Source: Tubiluchus corallicola (lineage: Eukaryota > Animalia > Priapulida). From it: DNA of 64,000 nt. Position 1 is the first letter of the stretch. Each line of letters opens with the position of its first letter. The position numbers and the translations under genes are program-made. The notes beneath the pieces were generated by a model. That model made no database searches, had not been told where the DNA came from, and was given only the letters and a program-made list of their open reading frames with translations. The stretch lies in NCBI GenBank assembly GCA_030141605.1, contig JAQGDQ010000080.1, positions 1-64,000 of the forward strand, in the 5' to 3' direction. Below, piece after piece: positions 24,201 to 32,699 of this stretch.

Positions 24201-27200
24201 ATAATTTTGATAGGTGGCTGTGAAGAGCCACCAGCGAGGAAAAAATGTGATTGGTTCTTTTGGCATAAATGTAAATTTTGAACTTGGGCATTTGGATCAC
24301 AAGTCCAGTTTTGGCCAGACGGATCACACAGGTTATTGTAATTGAGCCATTCTACCTCAAACGTCGTCTAGCATCCACGTGCTTGCTTTTCTTATAATAC
24401 ACTCGTGTTTGCACTAAATTTTTATTTTCATGAAAGTTTAAATACTAAATTCACATTATGTGTGATTCATCTGCAGATTGCAGTATTGATTAATTTAGTA
24501 ACATTAAGTACATATTTCAGTGATAAGAACTCACCTTGCTGTAAAAATTGTCAGATTGTGCCAGCTGGACAGCTATGTAGAAGTGCTTTCAAAATGGATG
24601 CTGTATGTGAGGGCGATGCCACATGTGATGGAATTCATGCCTCATGTCCATCCTCACCTGATGCAGAAAATGGAACAACGTGTTTGGATGATGGACAGTG
24701 CTGGGGTGGTGTTTGTTTGCCTTTCTGCGAAATTCCTCTAGTTGGAAAGAAATCTTGTCTTTGCGAAGGAGGTATCAAAGACTACATTTAGTTCAAATTA
24801 CTTCTGTTGTGTGAGAGTTGTAGTGTTAAGTCATGCGTGATACTTTCTGGCATAACGACATCTTATCAGTTCGTTATTATGTAAAAGCACTAATACTTGT
24901 ACAAAGATTAGCTATATATAAAAGCGTTTATGTTTTTTGGGCATTTTGGATCAGCACTTTTACAAGTGCATGTTCATGCCAATAATGTGAAATTGTGGGT
25001 AGGCAAGAAGCTATTTAATTTTGCTGTTTTGCGTGTAGTAGTTAATTAACAACTTTTCATTTCTTACATTACTTTCATTAACAACATATTTAAAGCTTAA
25101 AAATGATAGAAAGTCAGGAAAATCATCTGGGAATAGTACTTAAAAACTGGAAATGGCATTTAACTTGTTTTCTTGAAATAGTCTACAGGGTGAATAAATT
25201 AATTTAGTGGAATAGAGTGATTAAAATAATAATGATTTTGTTAAATATAATATAGTGATTTTCCTTATTGTAGTCAGTATGAAAAATTCAGCAGTTACAA
25301 GAAACTGGTAAGTCACATTTAATAGAAAAAGAAAATATAATGAGACTAGCCGTAATGCCACTAGAAATTGTGCGTATTGGCTACATCTCAGCTTCTTTAT
25401 GCATTTATTTACTTGATCATTAGGCCTTAATGTCAGCCTTTTTTAGGGCTAGAGTGCTCTTAGAAGTGCTCAAATATTTTATGCTATGAACTCCTGTAGA
25501 GTTTTTTAGGGCTAAGGCTTCACTAAGCATACTGATTAGATCTTTTTTTTCTTAACAGATACTTTAGAGAGAGTTGATTACAAGCATTTTTGTAATGTTG
25601 TTCTCATAGATGAAAGCCAGCAGCACCATGAGTTCAAATCTGAAAGACTCAGGTTTTCTGACTATTCTAGTAAAATTCTTAATGCTATTGCTAGTGTTAG
25701 GTGAAGGCTAGCCTTGGACAAATATTGAGTGGTGATATTTAGCAGGTTGGAGTTTTTGGGTCTCCAAAAATCTAAAAGAAAAACTGAAACTAATGAGAAG
25801 CTGAAGTGTGTACAGCTTATGTTAAAATTTGCACTTGTTTGGTTTTCAGAAGATGCGTGCAAACGTTGCTGCCGAGATATAAACTCCGCAAAATGTGTGA
25901 AATACGCTAATGATCAACAGGTTTTTGGCATTTCTCTAGAGCCAGGTCAGCCTTGTTACCGTGGCACTTGTGATGCAGAGGTTTGTCCTTAAATTCTTAA
26001 TGTCTTATATATAATTATATATGTATGAGTGAAATACATGTGTGTCTTTTTTACACAAATTTTGTGTAGAAAGGAGATGCAGTTAAAATTTCATATATTC
26101 TTTGCAAATTAATGTATAATTTCTTTTATTAGCAGTTTTAATGTTTATTATTTTTGAGCATTTACTTCTGGACATTTTATCCAGTAAATTTGCTTTGATA
26201 TTTCGACATTAATGTTTATCATCTGGCAGATGGAATGTCACATTTAACAAAACAGAATCAAAATGTGTGATTTCATTAAAATGAAAAAATGTAGCACCTG
26301 ACAATTTAGTATAGTTACTCGTACTATATGTACTTTTCTCAGTTAACATTATTAATTATTTCAGGGTTTTTTTATGAATCAGGCATTATGATGTCAGGTA
26401 TTAAAATTGTTATAGTGTATTTACACAATTATTTACAAGCATGCATTTTCTGAATCACTGCGCTAACAGGAATTGTTTGGATAATCGTCCAAAAAGCTGA
26501 CACATGAAAAACTATGTAGACAAAACATATATTCTTTGCCGACATGCTATACAGCATATAATTCACTTTGCTTCTTTAGGGGATTTGTTTGTCTGCAGGA
26601 GGCGATCTCATTCAGCGATTTTGGGATGTAATTGAATCAATTGACATTGACTATATAAGTAAGTTGCATATTGTGTTTGGCATACAAATTCTAGATTTGC
26701 GCTGAATGGTGTGCGTGTGCACTGTGATTAATCTCATTTGTGCTGGAATTTCTTGCTATCCATAGTGTAACAGTGCTGATTTGTATTATATTATAAATGA
26801 ATATCTACATAGTGAATCTTGTTTTTAGTTTCGTAAAGCAGGCTTAATTTAAACAGTTCTTGGGTGTAATTTTTATCCGTGAACATCGTGGAACTAAGAG
26901 GACTCGTACAATGATTTTTAATTCTTCTTATTGTTATAGTTAACGTTAGGCGTCCAGTTTTCTTTTAAACCAGGATCATGAAAATCGAAGGTCAAACACC
27001 TGGGACAGGGGCGCAAACAATGGTTTTGGGAATGATGACCGCGGTTAAAGAGTCAATGACATATGAAATCATTCAGTTCGAGTGGTTGCCTGACCACTGA
27101 TCTGTTGCTACTAATGCTACTCACCCAACAATGATCAATGGCGCACACACTTTCTAGATAGTACCTGACATTTTGTTAGAAAATTTAAAATGCAAAACTT

Positions 27201-29038
27201 ATATTATAGCGATGTGCACAATCAGCTTCACTCAAATGTTATGATAGGAAATTAGTAGAAATCATTATTGGCCTCTAATTCTAATTCTGAATGTATTACT
27301 GATAACATATGGAAAATGTTGATGCTCCTGTCAAATATTTATGTTGAAAACTGTTATGAATATACCTCCTGTAGAAGAAACAGAATGGACAAAGAGAAGA
27401 AGGAAAAAATAGCAGGAAAAAACATAGTGATCATGTGAGATTTTCCTTCGACTGCATTTGGTCAGTTGGATCATGGCATGGTTTAAATAACACAGAGACA
27501 GAAAACTTTTTATTAATTGTGTTTTCTTGCCTTTCTATCATATAGAGAAGCAGAATCCAACTTTTTGCTTTCCTCAATAAATTAGTATCATTGTGTGAGT
27601 ATGAGTTTTTGTAGTCTGTATGGCAGTATGTTATAAGGCTTTTCGATGTTCTTGGTTGGTTGTCAAATGTTTACTTACAATAATAGGCAGAAAACATTTT
27701 GCCACTCTTCATTGCTGGTTTAATAGTTTTTGTGATTTTTAATTGATTATTTGCATTAATGACTGAAGCTCTCTTTTATACCTTATAGTCTCTTATATAA
27801 TTATTGTCTTGTTACTTTGTAGGTAAATACTTGTGTTTTTCTTGCGAGTGTCATGTAATGCAATTACCAAATGTAATGTTAACTTGCGAAGGTAGCTATG
27901 TCCGCTTGTTATAAATCTCCATAGTGTTTTTCCAGATTTGCTTTGTTAGCGCTTATGATGAACTGAGTTGTGAATGTTTTATACAGTTCACAAAAACTGT
28001 TTTCCAGAAGTCTTTGTTCACAATAACATAGTCAGTTTGATACTTGTTGTATCGCTGATAGTTTGGGTTCCCACAAGCTGCTATATAAACTACAGAGATA
28101 ACGAACAGAAAAGAATACTATGTAAAACAGCAAGGTGGAAAATGCCAAATGTAAGTACATTGTTCTCTGAATATTTTGGAAGGAGTAATTTAGAAAAAAT
28201 ATTTATCTTAAAATTTCACTATAGACAGAATAAAATTTAAATGATAACAAAATTGGAGGTTTAAATGCAAACGATCATCTGAAACGTAGCAAGTAGAAAT
28301 ATTTTTGATTTGTTCGCTTGTGAAGTAACTCTATGTAGCATGATGCCCATCTCGTTCTCATTTGCTGTTCATGCAATAAGTTTGAGCCACTTTTTATATT
28401 GTCACCTAGCAATATAGTGTCTGACATATTCCAAGTTTTTATGAAAAAACGAATTCCGTAACAAAGATAAATGGCATTCTAAATGACATAGCCAAATAAT
28501 ACAGTGCTTCATATCCTGGACTAGTTACTGTATAAGAATAAGCAATCATTTAGCATATTTTAGCATCCGAAATTTCAACTAGACAACTCTGTGTGTGAAT
28601 TTACTGCATACAGCTTTTCTTGCCCTCTAATTTTTAACCTAACGTGTATGCGTGGCAGTACTTGCATCATTTTGTACATGTACCATTTTTTATAACTGTT
28701 TGTTATAGAACCGTGATATATGTTTGGATGATGATAATACGTCAATACGAAACTTTGGTTTAAGAACAGTGAATTCGTTACGAAGTAGAAAGCTTTCAAC
28801 ATTCTGTAAAGTGACTGAAATATTCCCTAAACGAAACATTCCTGTAGACGAAAGAAGTGCCATTTCTTCAGGTGCTGCAGGAAGTTCATCAAGTTCTCGA
28901 GTGACCATAGATGGCAATGATAGCATAGTGGACAACGAAACCGTTGATTCATTAAGTTACAGAGAAAGTTTAACAATTTCACAAACTTCAGAAGCAGATG
29001 CTAAGCGGAGCTGCAGTTCAGATGTTGCAAATACATAA
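220..29038 (+). CDS. ADAM17: ADAM17/TACE-like disintegrin metalloprotease, whole gene span (16 coding exons, 2481 nt, 826 aa)
   Basis: Hand-spliced exons 220-295, 6683-6809, 7149-7282, 7621-7712, 8778-8869, 13058-13322, 14948-15139, 17348-17480, 20626-20736, 22324-22515, 23002-23134, 24521-24771, 25850-25980, 26580-26658, 28008-28150 and 28709-29038. All introns are GT-AG, phases match and there is no internal stop. The motifs [41 protein letters not shown] and [10 protein letters not shown] fit ADAM17 better than ADAM10. Confidence 0.95.
625..1617. mobile_element. Non-autonomous hAT (Buster/Charlie-like) DNA transposon in intron 1
   Basis: TIRs CAGGGGTGTGCAAA and TTTGCTCACCCCGG (12/14 match); perfect 8-bp TSD CCCTAATG at 617-624 and 1618-1625 with the nnnTAnnn pattern; subterminal GGCCC motifs at both ends. 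Confidence 0.88.
985..1130. repeat. Long inverted repeat (64-bp arms, 8 mismatches, short AT-rich loop)
   Basis: ttgatgtgtccagtcgtcttcttagtcatagcaggtaga... pairs with ...tctacctgctatgaacaagaagacgactgggcagatcaa. Confidence 0.92.
1660..4250 (-). mobile_element. Decayed CR1/L2-group LINE ORF2 (APE endonuclease plus RT), with frameshifts and stops
   Basis: Minus-strand motifs VCGDFNL (endonuclease), [40 protein letters not shown] and C-terminal [13 protein letters not shown]. Boundaries approximate. Confidence 0.85.
6683..6809 (+). CDS. ADAM17: ADAM17 exon 2, prodomain ([25 protein letters not shown]...ELKFKGLGR)
   Basis: Acceptor ttttcag, donor AG|GTAATA; typical start of an ADAM10/17 prodomain. 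Confidence 0.9.
7149..7282 (+). CDS. ADAM17: ADAM17 exon 3, prodomain ([24 protein letters not shown]...FYSGHVFG)
   Basis: Acceptor gtgtag, donor G|GTGAG; conserved FRLYL and FYSGHVFG motifs. Confidence 0.93.
7621..7712 (+). CDS. ADAM17: ADAM17 exon 4, prodomain ([30 protein letters not shown])
   Basis: Lies within ORF 7566..7910; S-V-x-A-H and YYIE|P motifs; phase 1 in, phase 0 out. Confidence 0.92.
7733..8253. mobile_element. Old Tc1/mariner-type MITE just downstream of exon 4
   Basis: Degenerate TIRs tagggtgtctcaaaaa...catacact and agtgtgtagtttctggggcaccctg; the TA TSD is not intact. Confidence 0.55.
8778..8869 (+). CDS. ADAM17: ADAM17 exon 5, prodomain ([31 protein letters not shown])
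   Basis: Acceptor tcttag, donor AG|GTGAAA; PxWRH and MxxYKxSDI motifs. Confidence 0.92.
9399..9917 (+). mobile_element. GC/CpG-rich non-autonomous insertion, possibly Helitron/Helentron (DINE-1-like)
   Basis: Abrupt compositional shift, subterminal (TA)n run and ...ttaatatatag end; no TSD seen. The family call is an inference. Confidence 0.4.
11253..11333. repeat. (ATTAC)n pentanucleotide microsatellite, possibly the tail of a minus-strand retroelement extending to about 11535
   Basis: Imperfect attac repeats; produces the ITLHY run in spurious ORF 11173..11523. Confidence 0.85.
11543..12243. mobile_element. Degenerate foldback/MITE-like DNA element with reiterated subterminal motifs
   Basis: Left end has three catttggg-like units; right end has two inverted cccaaatg units; no clear TSD. 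Confidence 0.5.
13058..13322 (+). CDS. ADAM17: ADAM17 exon 6: cysteine switch FCGYV, furin site RSKR and start of the catalytic domain ([16 protein letters not shown])
   Basis: Lies within ORF 13029..13610; acceptor atgcag, donor ATG|GTATGT. Confidence 0.95.
13606..13944. repeat. Minisatellite, 47-bp unit, about 7 copies, in intron 6
   Basis: caattagaag recurs at 13640, 13687, 13734, 13781, 13828, 13875 and 13922; unit cattggaaagttcttaatatata(g/a)tcaattagaagaggagtaca(a/g)tt. Confidence 0.97.
14948..15139 (+). CDS. ADAM17: ADAM17 exon 7, catalytic domain ([16 protein letters not shown]...[17 protein letters not shown])
   Basis: Acceptor ttatag, donor AGG|GTATTA; 64 open codons; HYNM and W-x-V-x-x-LL motifs. 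Confidence 0.92.
15617..16440 (-). mobile_element. 5'-truncated non-LTR retrotransposon (RTE-X-like ORF2 C-terminus, 3' UTR and (TCTA)n tail)
   Basis: ORF 15925..16437 contains [17 protein letters not shown]...[19 protein letters not shown] (C-terminal CCHC finger); (TAGA)n at 15617-15638 is its tail. Confidence 0.82.
17348..17480 (+). CDS. ADAM17: ADAM17 exon 8, catalytic domain ([33 protein letters not shown]...GGICTV)
   Basis: CLAHLFT, GILGLAY and GGIC motifs; GT-AG boundaries. Confidence 0.95.
18252..18706. mobile_element. Tc1/mariner-superfamily (pogo/Tc2-like) MITE, 455 bp
   Basis: Perfect 29-bp TIR CCGTATTTTCCCGTGTATAAGAGACCCTT; TA TSD at 18250-18251 and 18707-18708; internal copies of gggtctcttataca. 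Confidence 0.93.
18780..19980 (-). mobile_element. Decayed L2/Crack-like LINE reverse transcriptase fragment
   Basis: ORF 19430..19816 has [17 protein letters not shown] and [13 protein letters not shown], followed by FSDDT, LKLNAEK and [17 protein letters not shown] in neighbouring frames. Confidence 0.85.
20626..20736 (+). CDS. ADAM17: ADAM17 exon 9, catalytic domain up to the first zinc His ([28 protein letters not shown])
   Basis: NTGL-S-S-x-N motif; donor CAT G|GTGAG. Confidence 0.94.
22324..22515 (+). CDS. ADAM17: ADAM17 exon 10, zinc site (E)[10 protein letters not shown] and Met-turn [10 protein letters not shown]...FSPCS
   Basis: Completes HEXXHXXGXXH; overlaps ORF 22404..22619. 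Confidence 0.96.
23002..23134 (+). CDS. ADAM17: ADAM17 exon 11, start of disintegrin domain ([16 protein letters not shown]...[17 protein letters not shown])
   Basis: Canonical CGNxxVExGEECDxG motif; donor AG|GTAAT. Confidence 0.95.
23389..23478. repeat. Tandem duplication, 46-bp period, 2 copies
   Basis: cagcagagattttcaacataacaaattaagcatgc(t/a)ttacaata occurs twice. Confidence 0.9.
24521..24771 (+). CDS. ADAM17: ADAM17 exon 12, disintegrin and Cys-rich region ([10 protein letters not shown]...[17 protein letters not shown]...SCLCEG)
   Basis: Lies within ORF 24405..24791; [11 protein letters not shown] and CxPFCE match the ADAM17 pattern. Confidence 0.95.
25850..25980 (+). CDS. ADAM17: ADAM17 exon 13, membrane-proximal domain ([10 protein letters not shown]...[12 protein letters not shown])
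   Basis: Lies within ORF 25729..25992; CKxCC motif. Confidence 0.93.
26580..26658 (+). CDS. ADAM17: ADAM17 exon 14, CANDIS-like stalk ([26 protein letters not shown])
   Basis: Acceptor ctttag, donor A|GTAAGT; DxIxRFWDxI is the ADAM17 stalk signature. Confidence 0.93.
28008..28150 (+). CDS. ADAM17: ADAM17 exon 15, transmembrane segment ([26 protein letters not shown]) and juxtamembrane tail
   Basis: Lies within ORF 27974..28240; NIV...SLIxWxPxS TM pattern; donor AAT|GTAAGT. Confidence 0.93.
28709..29038 (+). CDS. ADAM17: ADAM17 exon 16, Ser/Thr-rich cytoplasmic tail to the stop codon
   Basis: Acceptor gttatag in phase 0, in frame with ORF 28724..29038. No conserved motif, so the assignment rests on frame, position and total protein length. 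Confidence 0.78.
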   Translation, partial: NRDICLDDDNTSIRNFGLRTVNSLRSRKLSTFCKVTEIFPKRNIPVDERSAISSGAAGSSSSSRVTIDGNDSIVDNETVDSLSYRESLTISQTSEADAKRSCSSDVANT

Positions 29039-29574
29039 ACGTTATTATGTCATTTGTTATAATTGAGTATGTCATGTTATGTTTTTTAAAGAAGTTATTG
29101 TGTGATACAGGAAGGCAGAAATAACCAAGTTTTAACCAGCTTTTTCTATTTGTTCAATGATTTGTTCTAACGAAAGCTGACTCCAATGAAAAAAGTTAAA
29201 CTACCTCCCGGCTCTCTACCAGTGTCTCAACACTTTATATGATTTACTGTATCTTCAAAGCTACTGATGCCAAATCAATCAATGAAGCATGTGCATGGGT
29301 AGTACTATATAATAGGTACTTGTAATATACTTGACCTCAACTTTAATCTAAGATAAGTATTATGCTGCTGATGCATAATTGCATATCTGTGTAACTTTTA
29401 GGGAAGATTAACGTATTTTGAATGTAATACTCATGCGAAAATCGGAATATTTTTTTGTATACAAATTATTGGAATAGTGGTATCACTGTATGTGTACGTG
29501 TGTATGTGTATCCTTTTAAGTGACGTGTAATACAATATTGAGGAGTACCAAAATCTTAAATAATTGTGATATGC

Positions 29575-29580
29575 AATAAA
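29575..29580 (+). promoter_or_regulatory. Candidate polyadenylation signal AATAAA for ADAM17 (alternative at 29695-29700)
   Basis: AATAAA hexamer about 540 nt after the stop codon; such hexamers are common in AT-rich DNA. Confidence 0.35.
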
Positions 29581-30589
29581 TAGATACTTATATTTAGCTT
29601 ACAATTCATTATTAATTTTTAGTTGAATTGTTATGAATGCAGTTTTGCATAATTCCTGTCAGATAAGTATAGCTGCAAAAGTTTCATAAAACATAATAAA
29701 TAATTCACTTAATATGACAAACAAAATTCTCAAAACTCAAATATGTAATCTGTTTTATCATTCACTTACAAATAATTGAATAGAAATTTTGTGCCGATGA
29801 TGAAAATATCTGATGTGCTTGATGTTTTTCAGTGTAAACAGCTAACTTCGATGTTTTCAGTAGTTACCAAATTACATTGTAGAGGTTCATATGAATTTGT
29901 TTTTGCCACAGCTTCATTTTATGACATTTTATTACTGTGTTGTCACGCAGTGTCAGATATGATTTTTAAATCGACATTTTTTATGTTTGGTCCAATTCTA
30001 GTATTGTTGTATTGCTTAAAGTATTATTTAATTTAATTTAATATGGATATATATATTTGTTTCAATTCATAAGTTTTCTTGTATTATACTGTCAAAGTTC
30101 GGTTAGTGTTTTAACATAATTATAATTTTAAACAATTTATTTATTGTACAGAATGTGTTAAAATTTATTTAGTATGTGAGGTAGTAGATGTTTCACAAAG
30201 AAAGTTTGCAAGAGTTCTAGAACCTTAGAATAGGCTTTTGCCACAGTAGCATTTTATTAAAACACAAACATAGTGTGTTTTACCACATTCACCAGTGTCA
30301 GCAATAGTTTTTATATCGTTTTTTAGTTTTTGTCAAATTTTAATACTGTTGTATTGCTAATTTAATATATTATTTAATTAACTGTGGATATTTATGTATT
30401 ACTGTATTTTAATTTATAAATTTCCATAGGCTTAATTTATATATATATTAAATATGTATACTGTCAACGTTTGGTTAGTATTTAATATTTTACAATTCAG
30501 AATAATTTATATAAAATTTATTCATCATGTTTTTGGCTGCATTTAATTTTTTGTTGTCATTTAATTTATGTGTTACATTATAGGTATAA

Positions 30590-31840
30590 TTTATTATTTA
30601 ATTATTTATTTAAATTATTCACTCCCTTTTTCCCTGTTGACCATTACTTTCATCATTCTCTTAGGTACTTTCTCCAGATGTTGCACAAGCCTCTAATCAC
30701 CGAGTGGATCAGCTTGGTTCTGATGCCCAGAAAACCAAGTGTCTTCAGGAGATCATCATTGGCGTCACCTGATTGGCTTGTACTTCAGGGCTTTGTCCCT
30801 GCACCTAGCCCTGGGCGAGTTGATCTTTCCTGCTGCCGAGATGGTCAGATCGATAACATATGTCTGACCATCCTTGGTCGCCAGGATGTCGGGATGAAAC
30901 CTGGTTCTGTTGACCTCGAACCATAGTTCCCTGACGACTGTGAAGCTCGTTTTCGGGAGGGCTTCGGCGAGCACATCGCACGGTGCATTATGCTGTCGAG
31001 ATACTGCACTTTGTATGGTGATGCACTGTTGAACCTGACTCTCTGCATGTCTTCCGCACTTACGGCATCTCCTGATTGCATTGGGTACTCATCGAGTGAA
31101 GTTAACCCTGCTCAGGAGTGTGCTGCTACGTAGGTAGTGAGTACTCAATGTGTTAGCAGACACGGCTGCAAAAGCCTGCCCATGTGCTTTCGCAACAAAC
31201 GAGTTTATATGGTTCCGGGCGATCTCTCTTTTAGCATGGTTGATATCATGCCCATTGCTGTAGACTTCGAGGCTCGTGACCCTCTTGGCCCACTCCAGCT
31301 CTTTGTTCCACATCGGAGCCGATGCACTCTCAGAACGCATTCGGAACATCCTTCGCCAGGTGAAGGGTGCGTTTTAGGCTGTTCGTATTAGCCTATCTGC
31401 TCCCTTGAGGCCATTCATGTCAACCTTGCATATACGAAAGCAGTATGTCAGACATGGGATCACATATTGTCTGATCATATCCACCTGCTGAGGTTAAAGT
31501 GGTGCCCCCTCCACTCTTAGCAACCATGCTGTGAGAGAATCTATGCCAATGGTGGGCCGCCCTCTTATGCCAAAGGGTATTCCGAGATATTTGTAGGTCT
31601 CGGCGACTCCCAGCATCTGGATAGGAATCTGGCTGATGGTCCGTGTGGCCTTTCGTAGCGTTTCGTTGGTATGCCTTGACTTAGTCGCATGGCTTTGCAC
31701 TTTTTCGCGTTATGTGCCATGCGTGTGCTGTCTTCACTAAATTGTCCATACCATGCTTGGTGTTGGAGATCAAGACTAAGTCATCGGCAAAACCAATTAT
31801 AGCCACTTGGTGATCTTCGATTTCATAGCCAGTTCTACCA
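30590..31840 (-). mobile_element. 5'-truncated, decayed R2-clade non-LTR retrotransposon (RT C-half, zinc knuckle, restriction-like endonuclease)
   Basis: Minus-strand motifs in order: IGFADDLVL, TYKYLGIPF, APL*PQQVDMIRQYVIP, CRKC...QC, SRQHN, VVRE, PDIL, VIDLTI, KALKY and GLCNIW, then a short 3' UTR and an A-rich tail. Confidence 0.85.
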
Positions 31841-32699
31841 ACCAGTTCTACGAAAATAAATTCTTTGTCAGAGAGAATTTTTAGGATCAGTTGTCTCGAC
31901 TTTCAAATAAATTAGAATACTTCATTTTTTTAACTTAACATCTCTCATCATTTGCGATAGTTAGATTTGTAAGCTGTAGTTCTCCTGTGTTTGTCACTTG
32001 TAATAATACTTGTCTAATAATGGTAATTTCAGCAATTATTTTAAGCATGTACACACTTTGTACATAGTTTATACTGTGCGCAACACTGATGTTCATCCAG
32101 AATCTTTTATTAGATTAACAACTAGAGCTTAATTTAAATTTCATTTTGTTGATCAGGTTCACCAAGTTTTTAAATCGCACAAATGTCGTACATGTTACAT
32201 GGAATGTGATTAGATTCTCATTTTTCTACAGTTGCCATTCAGATCTTTATAAGTTGTTTATCTCATTTAATAAACAAAGTGATTATAGTAAATGTATTTA
32301 TGTATATTGTATGAACGTTCTTCAAGTATGGAATGCAGCCAGTTTACATTGTTTCACTGGCATTTGACTTGGTAAGCATTTATGCTTCTTCTGGTATTAA
32401 TTATAATTTGTGTAGGTTGTTTGTTGTTTAAATTATTTTTAAATAAACTGCAAGATTCTTATGAATAATTATGTTAGTATAATACTGTGCTTCATCAATA
32501 ATACCATAACAAGGACTCTAATATTAACAATGCAAAATTAACAATAATAACAGCACAGCCTCAACGTTATCAACATCAGTAATGAGAGCAGCTGCAATAA
32601 AGACGTCGTATCTGGCGTTAATGTTCACATAGCAGATAGTTGGCCAACGTTTGGATTGTCTGTAGTTTTAAAAGGCGACAAAATACTTTGTTTCTTATC

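Noticed and set aside
30177-30198. TGAGGTAGTAGAT resembling let-7
   Set aside because: Only the 5' 13 nt resemble let-7, the 3' half differs, and there is no complementary star arm nearby.
29990-30530. Degenerate direct duplication of about 350 bp downstream of ADAM17
   Set aside because: Similarity is patchy in very AT-rich sequence, and boundaries cannot be fixed without an alignment.
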